A model generated the notes under the pieces. The model worked only from the letters and a program-made list of their open reading frames with translations. It did not search any database and was not told where the DNA came from. Both the position numbers and the translations under genes were made by a program. From an uncultured bacterium (GTDB lineage: Bacteria; SAR324; NAC60-12), in assembly GCA_965662845.1 (NCBI GenBank), contig CBFIJD010000005.1, forward strand, positions 32,001 to 96,000: a DNA stretch of 64,000 nt, read 5' to 3'. Shown here in pieces: positions 49,149-57,658 of this stretch. Each line of letters begins with the position of its first letter. Positions within the stretch are counted from its first letter, which is position 1.

Positions 49149-50432
49149 ATGCAATTGTCATCGAAATTGTTCCTTCGCCTTCTCGCCCTCCTCGGAGGCG
49201 GATTGCTGCTCTCTCTCTCCTCAGCCGGTGCGCAGCAGGCTCAGCCTGAAATCGACGCCATCGTCCTCTCGAAAAATTGCCCGATTCCTGATGGCCCGGA
49301 TCTCATCCAGTCTGCGCCTGAAGTCGTGATTGATTCGGTCGATAACCCTTATTGCCCTAGGTTGAACGACATCCAGCTGGTGCAAGTGACCGCGCTTAAT
49401 CCAACGGAAGAGACACGGAGCGTCGGTGTGGAGATTGTGATCACGCTCAATGGCAACCGCCTGGATCAGTCTCTGCAAAGGATTGTTACGATTCCATCGC
49501 GCGACGATGTAAAAATTTTACATGATCTCGTGCTGGAAGAAGGGGGACGCTATCGAGTCTCAGCCAAGATTTGGGACACGGACTTTGCGCAGCTGCTGTC
49601 AGAGTCTTCTGCAGGGATCAATCGTCAATTTTTCATCGCCACGCCCAGAGATGTGCAAGAGGCGCAGAGTCAGTTAGTGGCTAAGCAGGAGAGCGGAGCC
49701 GCACCAGCGCCAGTCCCTTTAGAGTTTGACCCTCCCGACTTGCGCTGGGAGAGCGTGAACGTGATTCCACGCAATTTGCTGCGTGGCGAGACAATGCGGA
49801 TGCGGCTGAACCTAGTCAACGTAGGCGGCGATATCGTTCGAGATGTTCAGTGCAAAGTGGAATATTTCAATCTCCGCCAGCCACGCCGACGTACCATCAT
49901 CGCCACGCCGATTGCTCCTGTGATGGCGCCAGGAGAAACAGTCACCTTCGATTTAGAATACATTCCGCCAGATGATCAGCTGCTGGGGGACTATCAAATC
50001 GCGGTGGAAGTTGACCCGCAGGGGGTGATCGAAGAACAAAATGAAGAGAACAATGTGATGGAATCAGAGCCGGTGCGTTTAAGCGACATCAAGCTGCTGC
50101 TTCCGCCTGAAAACTTTGTGTTTGAAGAAAATGGCCTGTTCTTGTTCCAGTGGGATAGTCTGGCTTACGGTGAATTCAAACTGCAGGTAGGCGTTGACGA
50201 AAACTTTGAAGACCCTCGTGCATTTTTCGATCTGCCGCAAGGAGACCGCTGGATCGCTGACAAAGAGCTGGTGCCGCTCTCTGGAGAGCTACCGGGGATG
50301 GCGATGGGGCTGATGCAAACCAGTCAAAAGAACAAGCTGTTCTGGCGAGTGATCGGCAGAAACACCAGCGGCCAACAAGTTATTTCTGAAGTGCAAAGCT
50401 TCACGATTAAGCCTGCCTCCGACGCTTCTTAA
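49149..50432 (+). CDS. Secreted protein with CARDB/Ig-like domains
   Basis: Signal peptide; PDL, N.GG and VDP...IEE.NEENN CARDB signature. Confidence 0.8.
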   Translation: MQLSSKLFLRLLALLGGGLLLSLSSAGAQQAQPEIDAIVLSKNCPIPDGPDLIQSAPEVVIDSVDNPYCPRLNDIQLVQVTALNPTEETRSVGVEIVITLNGNRLDQSLQRIVTIPSRDDVKILHDLVLEEGGRYRVSAKIWDTDFAQLLSESSAGINRQFFIATPRDVQEAQSQLVAKQESGAAPAPVPLEFDPPDLRWESVNVIPRNLLRGETMRMRLNLVNVGGDIVRDVQCKVEYFNLRQPRRRTIIATPIAPVMAPGETVTFDLEYIPPDDQLLGDYQIAVEVDPQGVIEEQNEENNVMESEPVRLSDIKLLLPPENFVFEENGLFLFQWDSLAYGEFKLQVGVDENFEDPRAFFDLPQGDRWIADKELVPLSGELPGMAMGLMQTSQKNKLFWRVIGRNTSGQQVISEVQSFTIKPASDAS

Positions 50433-50445
50433 ACGCACTTCCTCT

Positions 50446-50465
50446 GACGACCTGCCGAGGTCGTC
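50446..50465 (+). terminator. Perfect 8-bp hairpin, possible terminator
   Basis: gacgacct-gccg-aggtcgtc shortly after the stop codon; weak U-tract. Confidence 0.4.
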
Positions 50466-50557
50466 CCTCGCCTTGCTTTCCTCTCACAAAGAAGCTAAAA
50501 GCGTGACCTTCGAATCAGTTACAGAACTGTGAACAACATCAACGCTGTGGAGGTTTT

Positions 50558-50989
50558 ATGTTAAGTGTCCGACAAATGTTAGAAGAGAAAGGCTTTAATG
50601 TGATTGCCGTTTCTCCTGATATGAGTGTCTATGAAACGTTGCAAGTGATGAATGAGAAGAACATTGGGGCGGTGTTAGTCATGGAAGGCGAGGAGCTGGT
50701 AGGGATATTTTCCGAGCGCGATTACGCCCGCAAGGTGATCTTACAAGGCCGCTCCTCAAAGACAACAAAAGTGAGCGAGTTGATGACCTCGAAAGTTTAT
50801 TGCATTGAGCCTTCGCGTACGATTCAGGATGTGATGCAGTTGATGAATGAGCGTCGCTTCCGCCATTTACCTGTCTTGGAAAACGGGAAGGTTCTTGGCG
50901 TCTTAAGCATTAGCGATGTGGTTCGAGGAGTGATCTCAGAGCAACAAAGTACGATTGACAGCTTAGAAAATTATATTCTGCGGCAGTAA
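50558..50989 (+). CDS. CBS domain pair protein
   Basis: IGAVLV..LVGIFSERDY and RHLPV motifs; RBS GGAGG. Confidence 0.93.
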   Translation: MLSVRQMLEEKGFNVIAVSPDMSVYETLQVMNEKNIGAVLVMEGEELVGIFSERDYARKVILQGRSSKTTKVSELMTSKVYCIEPSRTIQDVMQLMNERRFRHLPVLENGKVLGVLSISDVVRGVISEQQSTIDSLENYILRQ

Positions 50990-50998
50990 GTGCGCTCC

Positions 50999-51985
50999 TC
51001 AGGAAGGGATTTGATCTTCCTGAGGCACTTTGTAATCTTGATTGTACACAAAGTAGGGAATTCCACCGAGCAGATAAACCGACAGCTGCACCACGATAAA
51101 CAGATTGAAAATATCTGCCCCGCCTGCGACCCCAACCAACTCATAAAGCGACTCAAACGCTACATGCCCAATCCCGATCCCTCCAGGGGCAAGTGGAATC
51201 GCCGTTGTAATCAAACCAATTGGCATTAAAAACAGTTGCGTCCCTAAGCCAATCTCACTTTGCGTAATCAGTTGAGCTACCTGTAAGAATAGAAAAGCGA
51301 CAAGAGCATGAATGGTGACAGCAATGCCTAAGGTCGCTGCAAGGGTTGGTTTACAGTGCTGGTAGCTTTTGAAGGCTGAATAGATTTTAGTAGTGAAGTG
51401 AGTTGCGGGTAGTCTTTCGAACAAACGCACAAAGGGATCTCTTCCTTGAGGAAAAGGCCACACGGCGATGCCATAGAAAGCAATTGTACCGGCAAACAAT
51501 CCAGAGATTAACCACATCAGAGAGTGCAGTTTAGGATTTTGCAGAAAGAAAGAAAGGTTGGTGATCAAGGCAAAAAAAGCGATCACAATGAGACCAAATA
51601 GGCCCACAAATCGGTCAATGAGTAGAGTCATAAACGCGCGCGTTCTCCCTTCCGCCTCTTGCGCTTTGATGATGTAGTATCCTTTCACAACATCCCCACT
51701 GACTGCCCCTGGTAGCGTGCTATTGAAGAAGTTTCCAATCCACGTCAGGAGAAATGCACGCCGGGGGGGAACATCTAAGCCTATTGCTCTCAGCAGCAAC
51801 CACCAACGGAGTGTCGTTAATGGGATCACGAGACAGATCAAGGTGCCGAGCATAAGCAGTAATAGCCAAGGGGACTGCTGCAACAAAATGAGCCTCTCTA
51901 AATTCAAGCGCTCACTAGAAATCAGATAGTAAAGAATGGCTCCAACGAGCGAGAACTTTAATAGGAAGATGAGGATTTTTTTCAT
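50999..51985 (-). CDS. Lysylphosphatidylglycerol synthase TM-domain (UPF0104 flippase-like) protein
   Basis: RW..LL, G.FFN..LPG...GDVVK, DR..GL and P..PGG.G motifs. Confidence 0.88.
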   Translation of the reverse strand: MKKILIFLLKFSLVGAILYYLISSERLNLERLILLQQSPWLLLLMLGTLICLVIPLTTLRWWLLLRAIGLDVPPRRAFLLTWIGNFFNSTLPGAVSGDVVKGYYIIKAQEAEGRTRAFMTLLIDRFVGLFGLIVIAFFALITNLSFFLQNPKLHSLMWLISGLFAGTIAFYGIAVWPFPQGRDPFVRLFERLPATHFTTKIYSAFKSYQHCKPTLAATLGIAVTIHALVAFLFLQVAQLITQSEIGLGTQLFLMPIGLITTAIPLAPGGIGIGHVAFESLYELVGVAGGADIFNLFIVVQLSVYLLGGIPYFVYNQDYKVPQEDQIPS

Positions 51986-53064
51986 AAGGAGCTAGCAGCC
52001 AGCAGTTGATCGAGCTGTTTTTGACGATTTGCGGCGCTCATGTTGGCGAGGTTTTTAACTTCTTGATAGAAGCGAGGCCAGTCACGATGAACTCGCTCGA
52101 ACAATACAGCAAATGCGGGGACATAGTTTTGATAACGCCTCACTCCTAAAATATGCGCATTGTTCAGTTCACGGTTGAACCAGTTGTCATATTTGAGCTG
52201 TTGAAATAATTCTCGATGGTTAGCGTATCTCTCCTGTAACGCTTGCAGTATCCGTTCTTTTTCTGCGAGCTTTTCCTGATTCTCTTTCTCCGACTGATAT
52301 AGCTTTTCGAGCTTAAGAGCTGTTTCCTGAATATATTGTCGAAATCGGAGGCGGTCTGCGGAGGCTTGTTCTAATGTCAATAAATCGTCGACTCTACCGA
52401 CTTTCCGCAGATATTGGCGGGTGCCTTCCTCTTCAACAAAGCTGGCATAAGATTCATTAAACGCAGTGTCGCCGGCAACAAACACAACCTGATGTGCCAT
52501 TTCATGAATCAATGTCGCCGCCAAGGCAACGTCGCCTCGATTGAGAAACGTACTCAACACCGGATCTGAAAAGTAGTCGGGCATCCATGACTGATTGAGG
52601 TAGCCCAAGGTTGAATAGGCGGTCGCATAAGAAATGGATACATCAAAACCCTCTTCTTCTAGTTCTCTTGCCAAGGCTTCTGCATCTTCTTCAGCAAAGT
52701 ATCCGCGATATCCTTGACAACCGATGATGAGATAGCACCACTGATGTGCTCTCAATGTGAGTGGAGGTGCCGCAGAGACTAGAACAGACACGTAAGAGCG
52801 GGGTAATTCGACGTACGAAGAATAGCCATTGCCAGCCGGCAGCTGTAGATCTTGGACGGCAAATTGACGGACATTCCGCAAGAGTTGCAGTTTTTTGCGT
52901 AATTGAGGGGAGGAATCGGGGGAGGCTAGGATCGAATCGATGTTTTGCTTGCGTTGCAACAGGCCGAAGTGGCCTTCGACAGCCTGCCAGTAGTAAGCGG
53001 TCTCGGTGCAAGCACCGAGAAGCCAAGCGAACAGACAGACGAGCCAAATTTGGCTTTTGCGCAT
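51982..53064 (-). CDS. Predicted aminopeptidase lipoprotein (DUF2265-like)
   Basis: LGAC lipobox; YYWQA..G, WCY..GC..YRGYF, AYSTLG, HEMAH and FNES.A motifs. Confidence 0.88.
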   Translation of the reverse strand: MRKSQIWLVCLFAWLLGACTETAYYWQAVEGHFGLLQRKQNIDSILASPDSSPQLRKKLQLLRNVRQFAVQDLQLPAGNGYSSYVELPRSYVSVLVSAAPPLTLRAHQWCYLIIGCQGYRGYFAEEDAEALARELEEEGFDVSISYATAYSTLGYLNQSWMPDYFSDPVLSTFLNRGDVALAATLIHEMAHQVVFVAGDTAFNESYASFVEEEGTRQYLRKVGRVDDLLTLEQASADRLRFRQYIQETALKLEKLYQSEKENQEKLAEKERILQALQERYANHRELFQQLKYDNWFNRELNNAHILGVRRYQNYVPAFAVLFERVHRDWPRFYQEVKNLANMSAANRQKQLDQLLAASSL

Positions 53065-53075
53065 ATTAAAAGAAC

Positions 53076-53813
53076 TTAGGCGTTTTCGACTTCGGTCTCT
53101 TCTTCAACAGGGAGGTAAAGAATGCGGTTGCAGTGAGGGCAGTTGCGGTGAGAGTCAGGATTGGCCAAGAATTCGTTAACAAACTGCGGTTGCAGCCGGA
53201 TGTTGCAGCCGCTACACGTTTTGTCGATGACCGGACAGATCGGGCGCCGCGTGCCATTTTGTTGGCAGCGTTGATGGAATCTTTGGATGGGACGCGGCGC
53301 ATTATCAATCACGTCTTTGAAATGCTCTTGTAAGCTCTCGAGGTTTGTCTGGGTCTGCTGCTGAGTCTGCAGAGTGTCTTTCATCTCTTGTTCAAACTCT
53401 TGCTGGAGCCCGTCGAGTTGTTCTTGCTTAGCCTGCAATTTCGGGGTGAGCTCTTCGACACGAATATCAATTTCGAGGATTTTGTCCTCTAGTTGCCCTT
53501 TGTGTTTGCGAGAGTCTTCTAGCTGTTTTTTGCTGGCCTCGAACTCCTTCTCGTTGCGGATGCGAGGGACGTGCTGCTCCAGTCGAACAATCAGCGCTTT
53601 TTGTTCAGCGAGCTGCCTTTCGCAGTCGGCTCGCTGTTGTGCAAGCTTTTCTGATTCACTGCGCATCGTCTGAAGCTCCTGTTCGTCGGGAGCTAGCTTT
53701 TGTTGTGCTGACTGTAGTTGGTCTTCTAGGCGCCGCAGCTCTTGTTTGAGTGCAAAAAGCTGCATTTCGGTTTCAGCGATGTCGATCAGTACAGAACGGG
53801 TAGGCAGAGACAT
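53076..53813 (-). CDS. Coiled-coil protein with C4 zinc ribbon (DUF164; CT398/HP0958-like)
   Basis: Long coiled coil; N.KE..A..K, CSGC and CPHCNRILY. Confidence 0.88.
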   Translation of the reverse strand: MSLPTRSVLIDIAETEMQLFALKQELRRLEDQLQSAQQKLAPDEQELQTMRSESEKLAQQRADCERQLAEQKALIVRLEQHVPRIRNEKEFEASKKQLEDSRKHKGQLEDKILEIDIRVEELTPKLQAKQEQLDGLQQEFEQEMKDTLQTQQQTQTNLESLQEHFKDVIDNAPRPIQRFHQRCQQNGTRRPICPVIDKTCSGCNIRLQPQFVNEFLANPDSHRNCPHCNRILYLPVEEETEVENA

Positions 53814-54006
53814 GGGAACTCCTTGCGTAAGTGCGGTCTGGCTTCCTGCCGGATGCAGAGGCGGGGAACTCGATAAAGAGTCAATTTGGGGATAGTCGCA
53901 GAGACTCTTGAAAATTGCAAACCAAAGCACCGTTGTCAGGTACTTTGGTCAAAAACAGCTGCACGGCGCCCAGCGTGAGCAGAGAGAACCCGCTAGCCTA
54001 GCTGGC

Positions 54007-56247
54007 TCAGGTGTAGGCAAAACCGAGCTTATGATCTTCAAGAGTGATGGTGACTTCACCGCCGCTCTCTAATTTGCCAAATAAAACTTCATCGGCGAGC
54101 ACAGTCTCAATCTCTTGCTGGATAACTCGCTTCATCGGGCGGGCGCCAAACATGGGATCGTATCCTTTGTCAGCCAACCAGGCGCGAGCTTCCGGAGTAA
54201 TTGTGATCGTAACTTTCTTCTGCTGTAGTTTGTTTTCCAATTGAATAATTAACTTGTCCACAATCATCTGCACCACCTCTTTAGGGAGCTGGGAGAAGGG
54301 GATCGTTGCGTCCAGTCGATTGCGAAATTCGGGGCTGAAAGTTCGCTCGAGAGCTTGCTTGGAAGGGGAGCTGGGGGTGGCGTTGCCAAAGCCAATGGCG
54401 TTGGATGTCATCTCTTTGGCTCCGACATTCGATGTCATAATCAAAACGACGTTGCGGAAGTCGGCTTCGCGCCCGTTGTTGTCGGTCAGAGTCGCGTGAT
54501 CCATCACCTGCAGCAAGATGTTGAAGATGTCGGGGTGCGCTTTCTCAATTTCGTCCAACAAGAGCACCGCGTGTGGATGCTTACGAATTGCGTCTGTGAG
54601 CAGACCGCCTTGGTCATACCCGACATAGCCTGGAGGGGCTCCGATCAAGCGTGAGACTGTGTGCTTCTCCATGTATTCACTCATGTCAAAGCGCTGAAAG
54701 TGGATCCCCATGGTATGCGCCAATTGCTTGGCTAGCTCGGTTTTGCCCACGCCGGTGGGACCGGTAAACAAGAAAGATCCGATAGGTTGGTCGGCTTGCC
54801 GTAGCCCGGCTCGGGAGCGTTTGATGGCTTGCACCAGAGCGTGAATCGCGTCGTTTTGACCAAAAACCTGCATCTTCAGCTCTTTCTCCAAATCGCGCAG
54901 TCGTTCTTTATCAGATGAGTTCATACGATCAATCGGGACGCGAGCGATGCTAGCGACGACTTTTTCAATATCTTGTGCATTTACGGTCTTGCGATCCCCC
55001 CCTTTGAGCCGAATTGCCGCTCCGGTCTCGTCAATCACGTCAATAGCCTTGTCTGGCAGGAATCGGTCGTTGATATATTTCGCAGAGAGCTCGGCTGCCA
55101 TTTTGAGAGACGATTGCGTGTAGCGCAGTTCGTGATGCTCTTCGTAGCGGCTTTTCAGTCCTTTCAAAATGAGGAAGGTCTCTTCGATCGAGGGTTCGTC
55201 TACGTCGATTTTTTGGAAGCGACGCGAGAGCGCTCGGTCTTTTTCAAAGAGCTTTTTGTACTCGTCATAGGTGGTTGAACCCACGCAGCGAATCTCTCCT
55301 TTTGCGAGCGCAGGCTTGAGTAAGTTGGAGACGTCCATTGAACCGCCGCTTGTCGCCCCCGCTCCGATGATGGTGTGAATCTCATCAATGAACAGGATGG
55401 ACTTTGGTTTTTGCTGAAGCGCTTTCAAGACGGCTTTGATGCGCTGCTCGAAGTCTCCGCGGAACTTGGTTCCTGCCAACAAGGCGCCGATATCTAGGGC
55501 GTAAATCTCCGACTCTTGCAGCAGCTCAGGCACATCGGCTTGAAAGATACGCAGAGCGAGCCCCTCGGCAATGGCTGTTTTTCCGACGCCAGGGTCTCCG
55601 ACATAGATGGGATTGTTCTTGCGACGGCGACAAAGAATCTGGATCGTGCGCTCTAATTCGGCCTCGCGTCCAATCAGCGGGTCGATGCGGTCTTCTTCGG
55701 CTTGCTTGGTCAGATTGGTGGTGTAGTGCTTCAGCGCGTCTTGTTCTGAGCGCCCTTGCGAGGACCCTTCGTCTTCGTCTCCATTGTCGTAATTAGCGTT
55801 TTCTTCCTCGTCTTCCACAGGGACCTTGGCGATGCCATGCGAGATGTAGTTCAGCAGGTCAAGGCGCGTGATCCCTTCTTTTTGCAGAAAGTACGACGCA
55901 TACGACTGTGATTCGCGGTGGATGGCCACGAGAATGTCGCCCACATCCGCCGAGGCCTTCCCAGAGCTGTTGACGTGCATAATCGCCAAATGCAGCACGC
56001 GCTGGACTGCCCGTGTTTGCTGCGGTGTCGACTCGTCATCTCGCATCACCTCTTGCTGATCAAAGAATTCTTCTAAGTCTTCTTTGATGCGATCTACATT
56101 GCCGCCACAGCTGCGAATGATGCGTGCTCCGGTTTCATTGTGGAGCAGCGCATACAGGATGTGCTCTACGCACAAATACTCGTGGCGTCTGCCCTTGGCT
56201 TCGCTTTGGGCCGCCATCAAACACATTTCTAAATCACGCGTGAACAT
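54007..56247 (-). CDS. clpA: ATP-dependent Clp protease ATP-binding subunit ClpA
   Basis: Two AAA modules (GDPGVGKT, GPTGVGKT), no M domain, IGF loop, downstream of clpS. Confidence 0.97.
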   Translation of the reverse strand: MFTRDLEMCLMAAQSEAKGRRHEYLCVEHILYALLHNETGARIIRSCGGNVDRIKEDLEEFFDQQEVMRDDESTPQQTRAVQRVLHLAIMHVNSSGKASADVGDILVAIHRESQSYASYFLQKEGITRLDLLNYISHGIAKVPVEDEEENANYDNGDEDEGSSQGRSEQDALKHYTTNLTKQAEEDRIDPLIGREAELERTIQILCRRRKNNPIYVGDPGVGKTAIAEGLALRIFQADVPELLQESEIYALDIGALLAGTKFRGDFEQRIKAVLKALQQKPKSILFIDEIHTIIGAGATSGGSMDVSNLLKPALAKGEIRCVGSTTYDEYKKLFEKDRALSRRFQKIDVDEPSIEETFLILKGLKSRYEEHHELRYTQSSLKMAAELSAKYINDRFLPDKAIDVIDETGAAIRLKGGDRKTVNAQDIEKVVASIARVPIDRMNSSDKERLRDLEKELKMQVFGQNDAIHALVQAIKRSRAGLRQADQPIGSFLFTGPTGVGKTELAKQLAHTMGIHFQRFDMSEYMEKHTVSRLIGAPPGYVGYDQGGLLTDAIRKHPHAVLLLDEIEKAHPDIFNILLQVMDHATLTDNNGREADFRNVVLIMTSNVGAKEMTSNAIGFGNATPSSPSKQALERTFSPEFRNRLDATIPFSQLPKEVVQMIVDKLIIQLENKLQQKKVTITITPEARAWLADKGYDPMFGARPMKRVIQQEIETVLADEVLFGKLESGGEVTITLEDHKLGFAYT

Positions 56248-56259
56248 AGGGCTTTCCTG

Positions 56260-56562
56260 TCAAACTTCTTCCATGCTGGCTTTAAGCGGGAACTCATGTT
56301 GCCGGGCCATTTCGTGGACTGCCTCGACTTTGGTTTCCGCGACTTCATAGGAATAAATTCCGCACGTGCCGACGCCGTTTTTGTGGACTTGCAGCATGAT
56401 CTGCGTGGCCTCGGCGGGACCCTTGTGGAACACGGCCTCCAGCACCAGCACAACAAACTCCATCGTAGTGTAGTCGTCGTTGTGCAGGAGTACTTTGTAT
56501 TGGACTGGAGGCTTGAGCTTCTGTCGGGTGAGTAAATCCTCGTCAACTTTGAACTGGCTCAT
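56260..56562 (-). CDS. clpS: ClpS adaptor (canonical, clpA-linked)
   Basis: YKVLLHNDDYTTMEFVV, VH..G.G.CG and AETKV motifs. Confidence 0.97.
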   Translation of the reverse strand: MSQFKVDEDLLTRQKLKPPVQYKVLLHNDDYTTMEFVVLVLEAVFHKGPAEATQIMLQVHKNGVGTCGIYSYEVAETKVEAVHEMARQHEFPLKASMEEV

Positions 56563-56687
56563 TCAGTCACTCTTAGAACCGATCGGACTGGGCGGGAAAA
56601 TGGAGGGCAACCGCTTTGATGATGTAACAAATCAAACGCAATTATGTAGCACATTTCCGCACAGACCGACCACAAAATTATCGGCAC

Positions 56688-57623
56688 CTAAGTCCCGGTG
56701 GGCACAACTTCTAAGCTTCGTCGCACTTCTGTGCGCTGCTGCCCGTGTTCTTGAATATAAACGCGGCTGCCGGGGGGGACACTGTGCGTTAGCCAGACAT
56801 TCCCGCCGATGATTGAGCCGGCGCCGATCACCGTGTTCCCGCCCAAAATCGTCGCTCCTGCATAGATGATGGTTCCTGCTTCGATGGTGGGATGTCGCTT
56901 TGAGTGAGGATCATTCTTGTGCTGGATCGGGCTAAACGCACCGAGCGTCACTCCTTGGTAAATGCGCACATGATCTTCAATCACAGCGGTCCCGCCGATC
57001 ACGATCCCTGTGCCGTGGTCCACCATCACCCCTCGGCCAATGCGCGCGGCGGGGTTGATGTCAATCCCGGTGACAGAGTGAACATGCTCACTCAGGATGC
57101 GGGGCAAGAGAGGAATCTCGTACCGGTGCAGAAAATGTGCAATGCGGTGAACACTCAGCGCTCGAATGCCAGGATATGCCAGCACGATCTCTTTGCGGTT
57201 CATCGCAGCAGGGTCTCCATCGAACGTTGCTTCCACATCGTCCGCGAGCACTTCCCGTAGATTGGGTAGCTCTTCCAGCAGTAGAAGCGAAATTTCTTCG
57301 GCGCGTTCTCGACTTTCTTCTGGACTCAGACAAGGCAATCTGCTCTGGCTCCGTTCCCAACTCAGGACCTGCCCGAGATAGTCACGCAGGCGATAGAAAA
57401 TGGAGGCGCTCTTTTGCCCCAGCCAATATGGGAGGCTGATGGCGTCCAGCTCTTCTTGACGCATCAAACCGGGGAAGAGCAGGACTTGAAGGTCTTCTGC
57501 TAAGCGAACAATGCTCTCGCGTGCCGGAAGCCGCACGCAGCCGATCCCCTGAGTCTCAGGGTGAGCGTGATAGGAATCAAGCAGGGAGTCTACCGCTTTG
57601 CGCAATCGAAGTTCGGTTTGCAT
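56688..57623 (-). CDS. cysE: Serine O-acetyltransferase
   Basis: GDPAA, YPG, TGIDI.P.A.IG, DHGTG, YQGVTLG and KRHP motifs. Confidence 0.92.
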   Translation of the reverse strand: MQTELRLRKAVDSLLDSYHAHPETQGIGCVRLPARESIVRLAEDLQVLLFPGLMRQEELDAISLPYWLGQKSASIFYRLRDYLGQVLSWERSQSRLPCLSPEESRERAEEISLLLLEELPNLREVLADDVEATFDGDPAAMNRKEIVLAYPGIRALSVHRIAHFLHRYEIPLLPRILSEHVHSVTGIDINPAARIGRGVMVDHGTGIVIGGTAVIEDHVRIYQGVTLGAFSPIQHKNDPHSKRHPTIEAGTIIYAGATILGGNTVIGAGSIIGGNVWLTHSVPPGSRVYIQEHGQQRTEVRRSLEVVPTGT

Positions 57624-57658
57624 GCGACTCTTTCAGTTTCAGTAGCGCAGAGAAATTG

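Noticed and set aside
34869..53813. YbjN/T3SS-chaperone fold, FliN and CT398-like genes as a cryptic type III secretion system
   Set aside because: They are scattered over 19 kb among housekeeping genes, with no export apparatus, secretin or ATPase.
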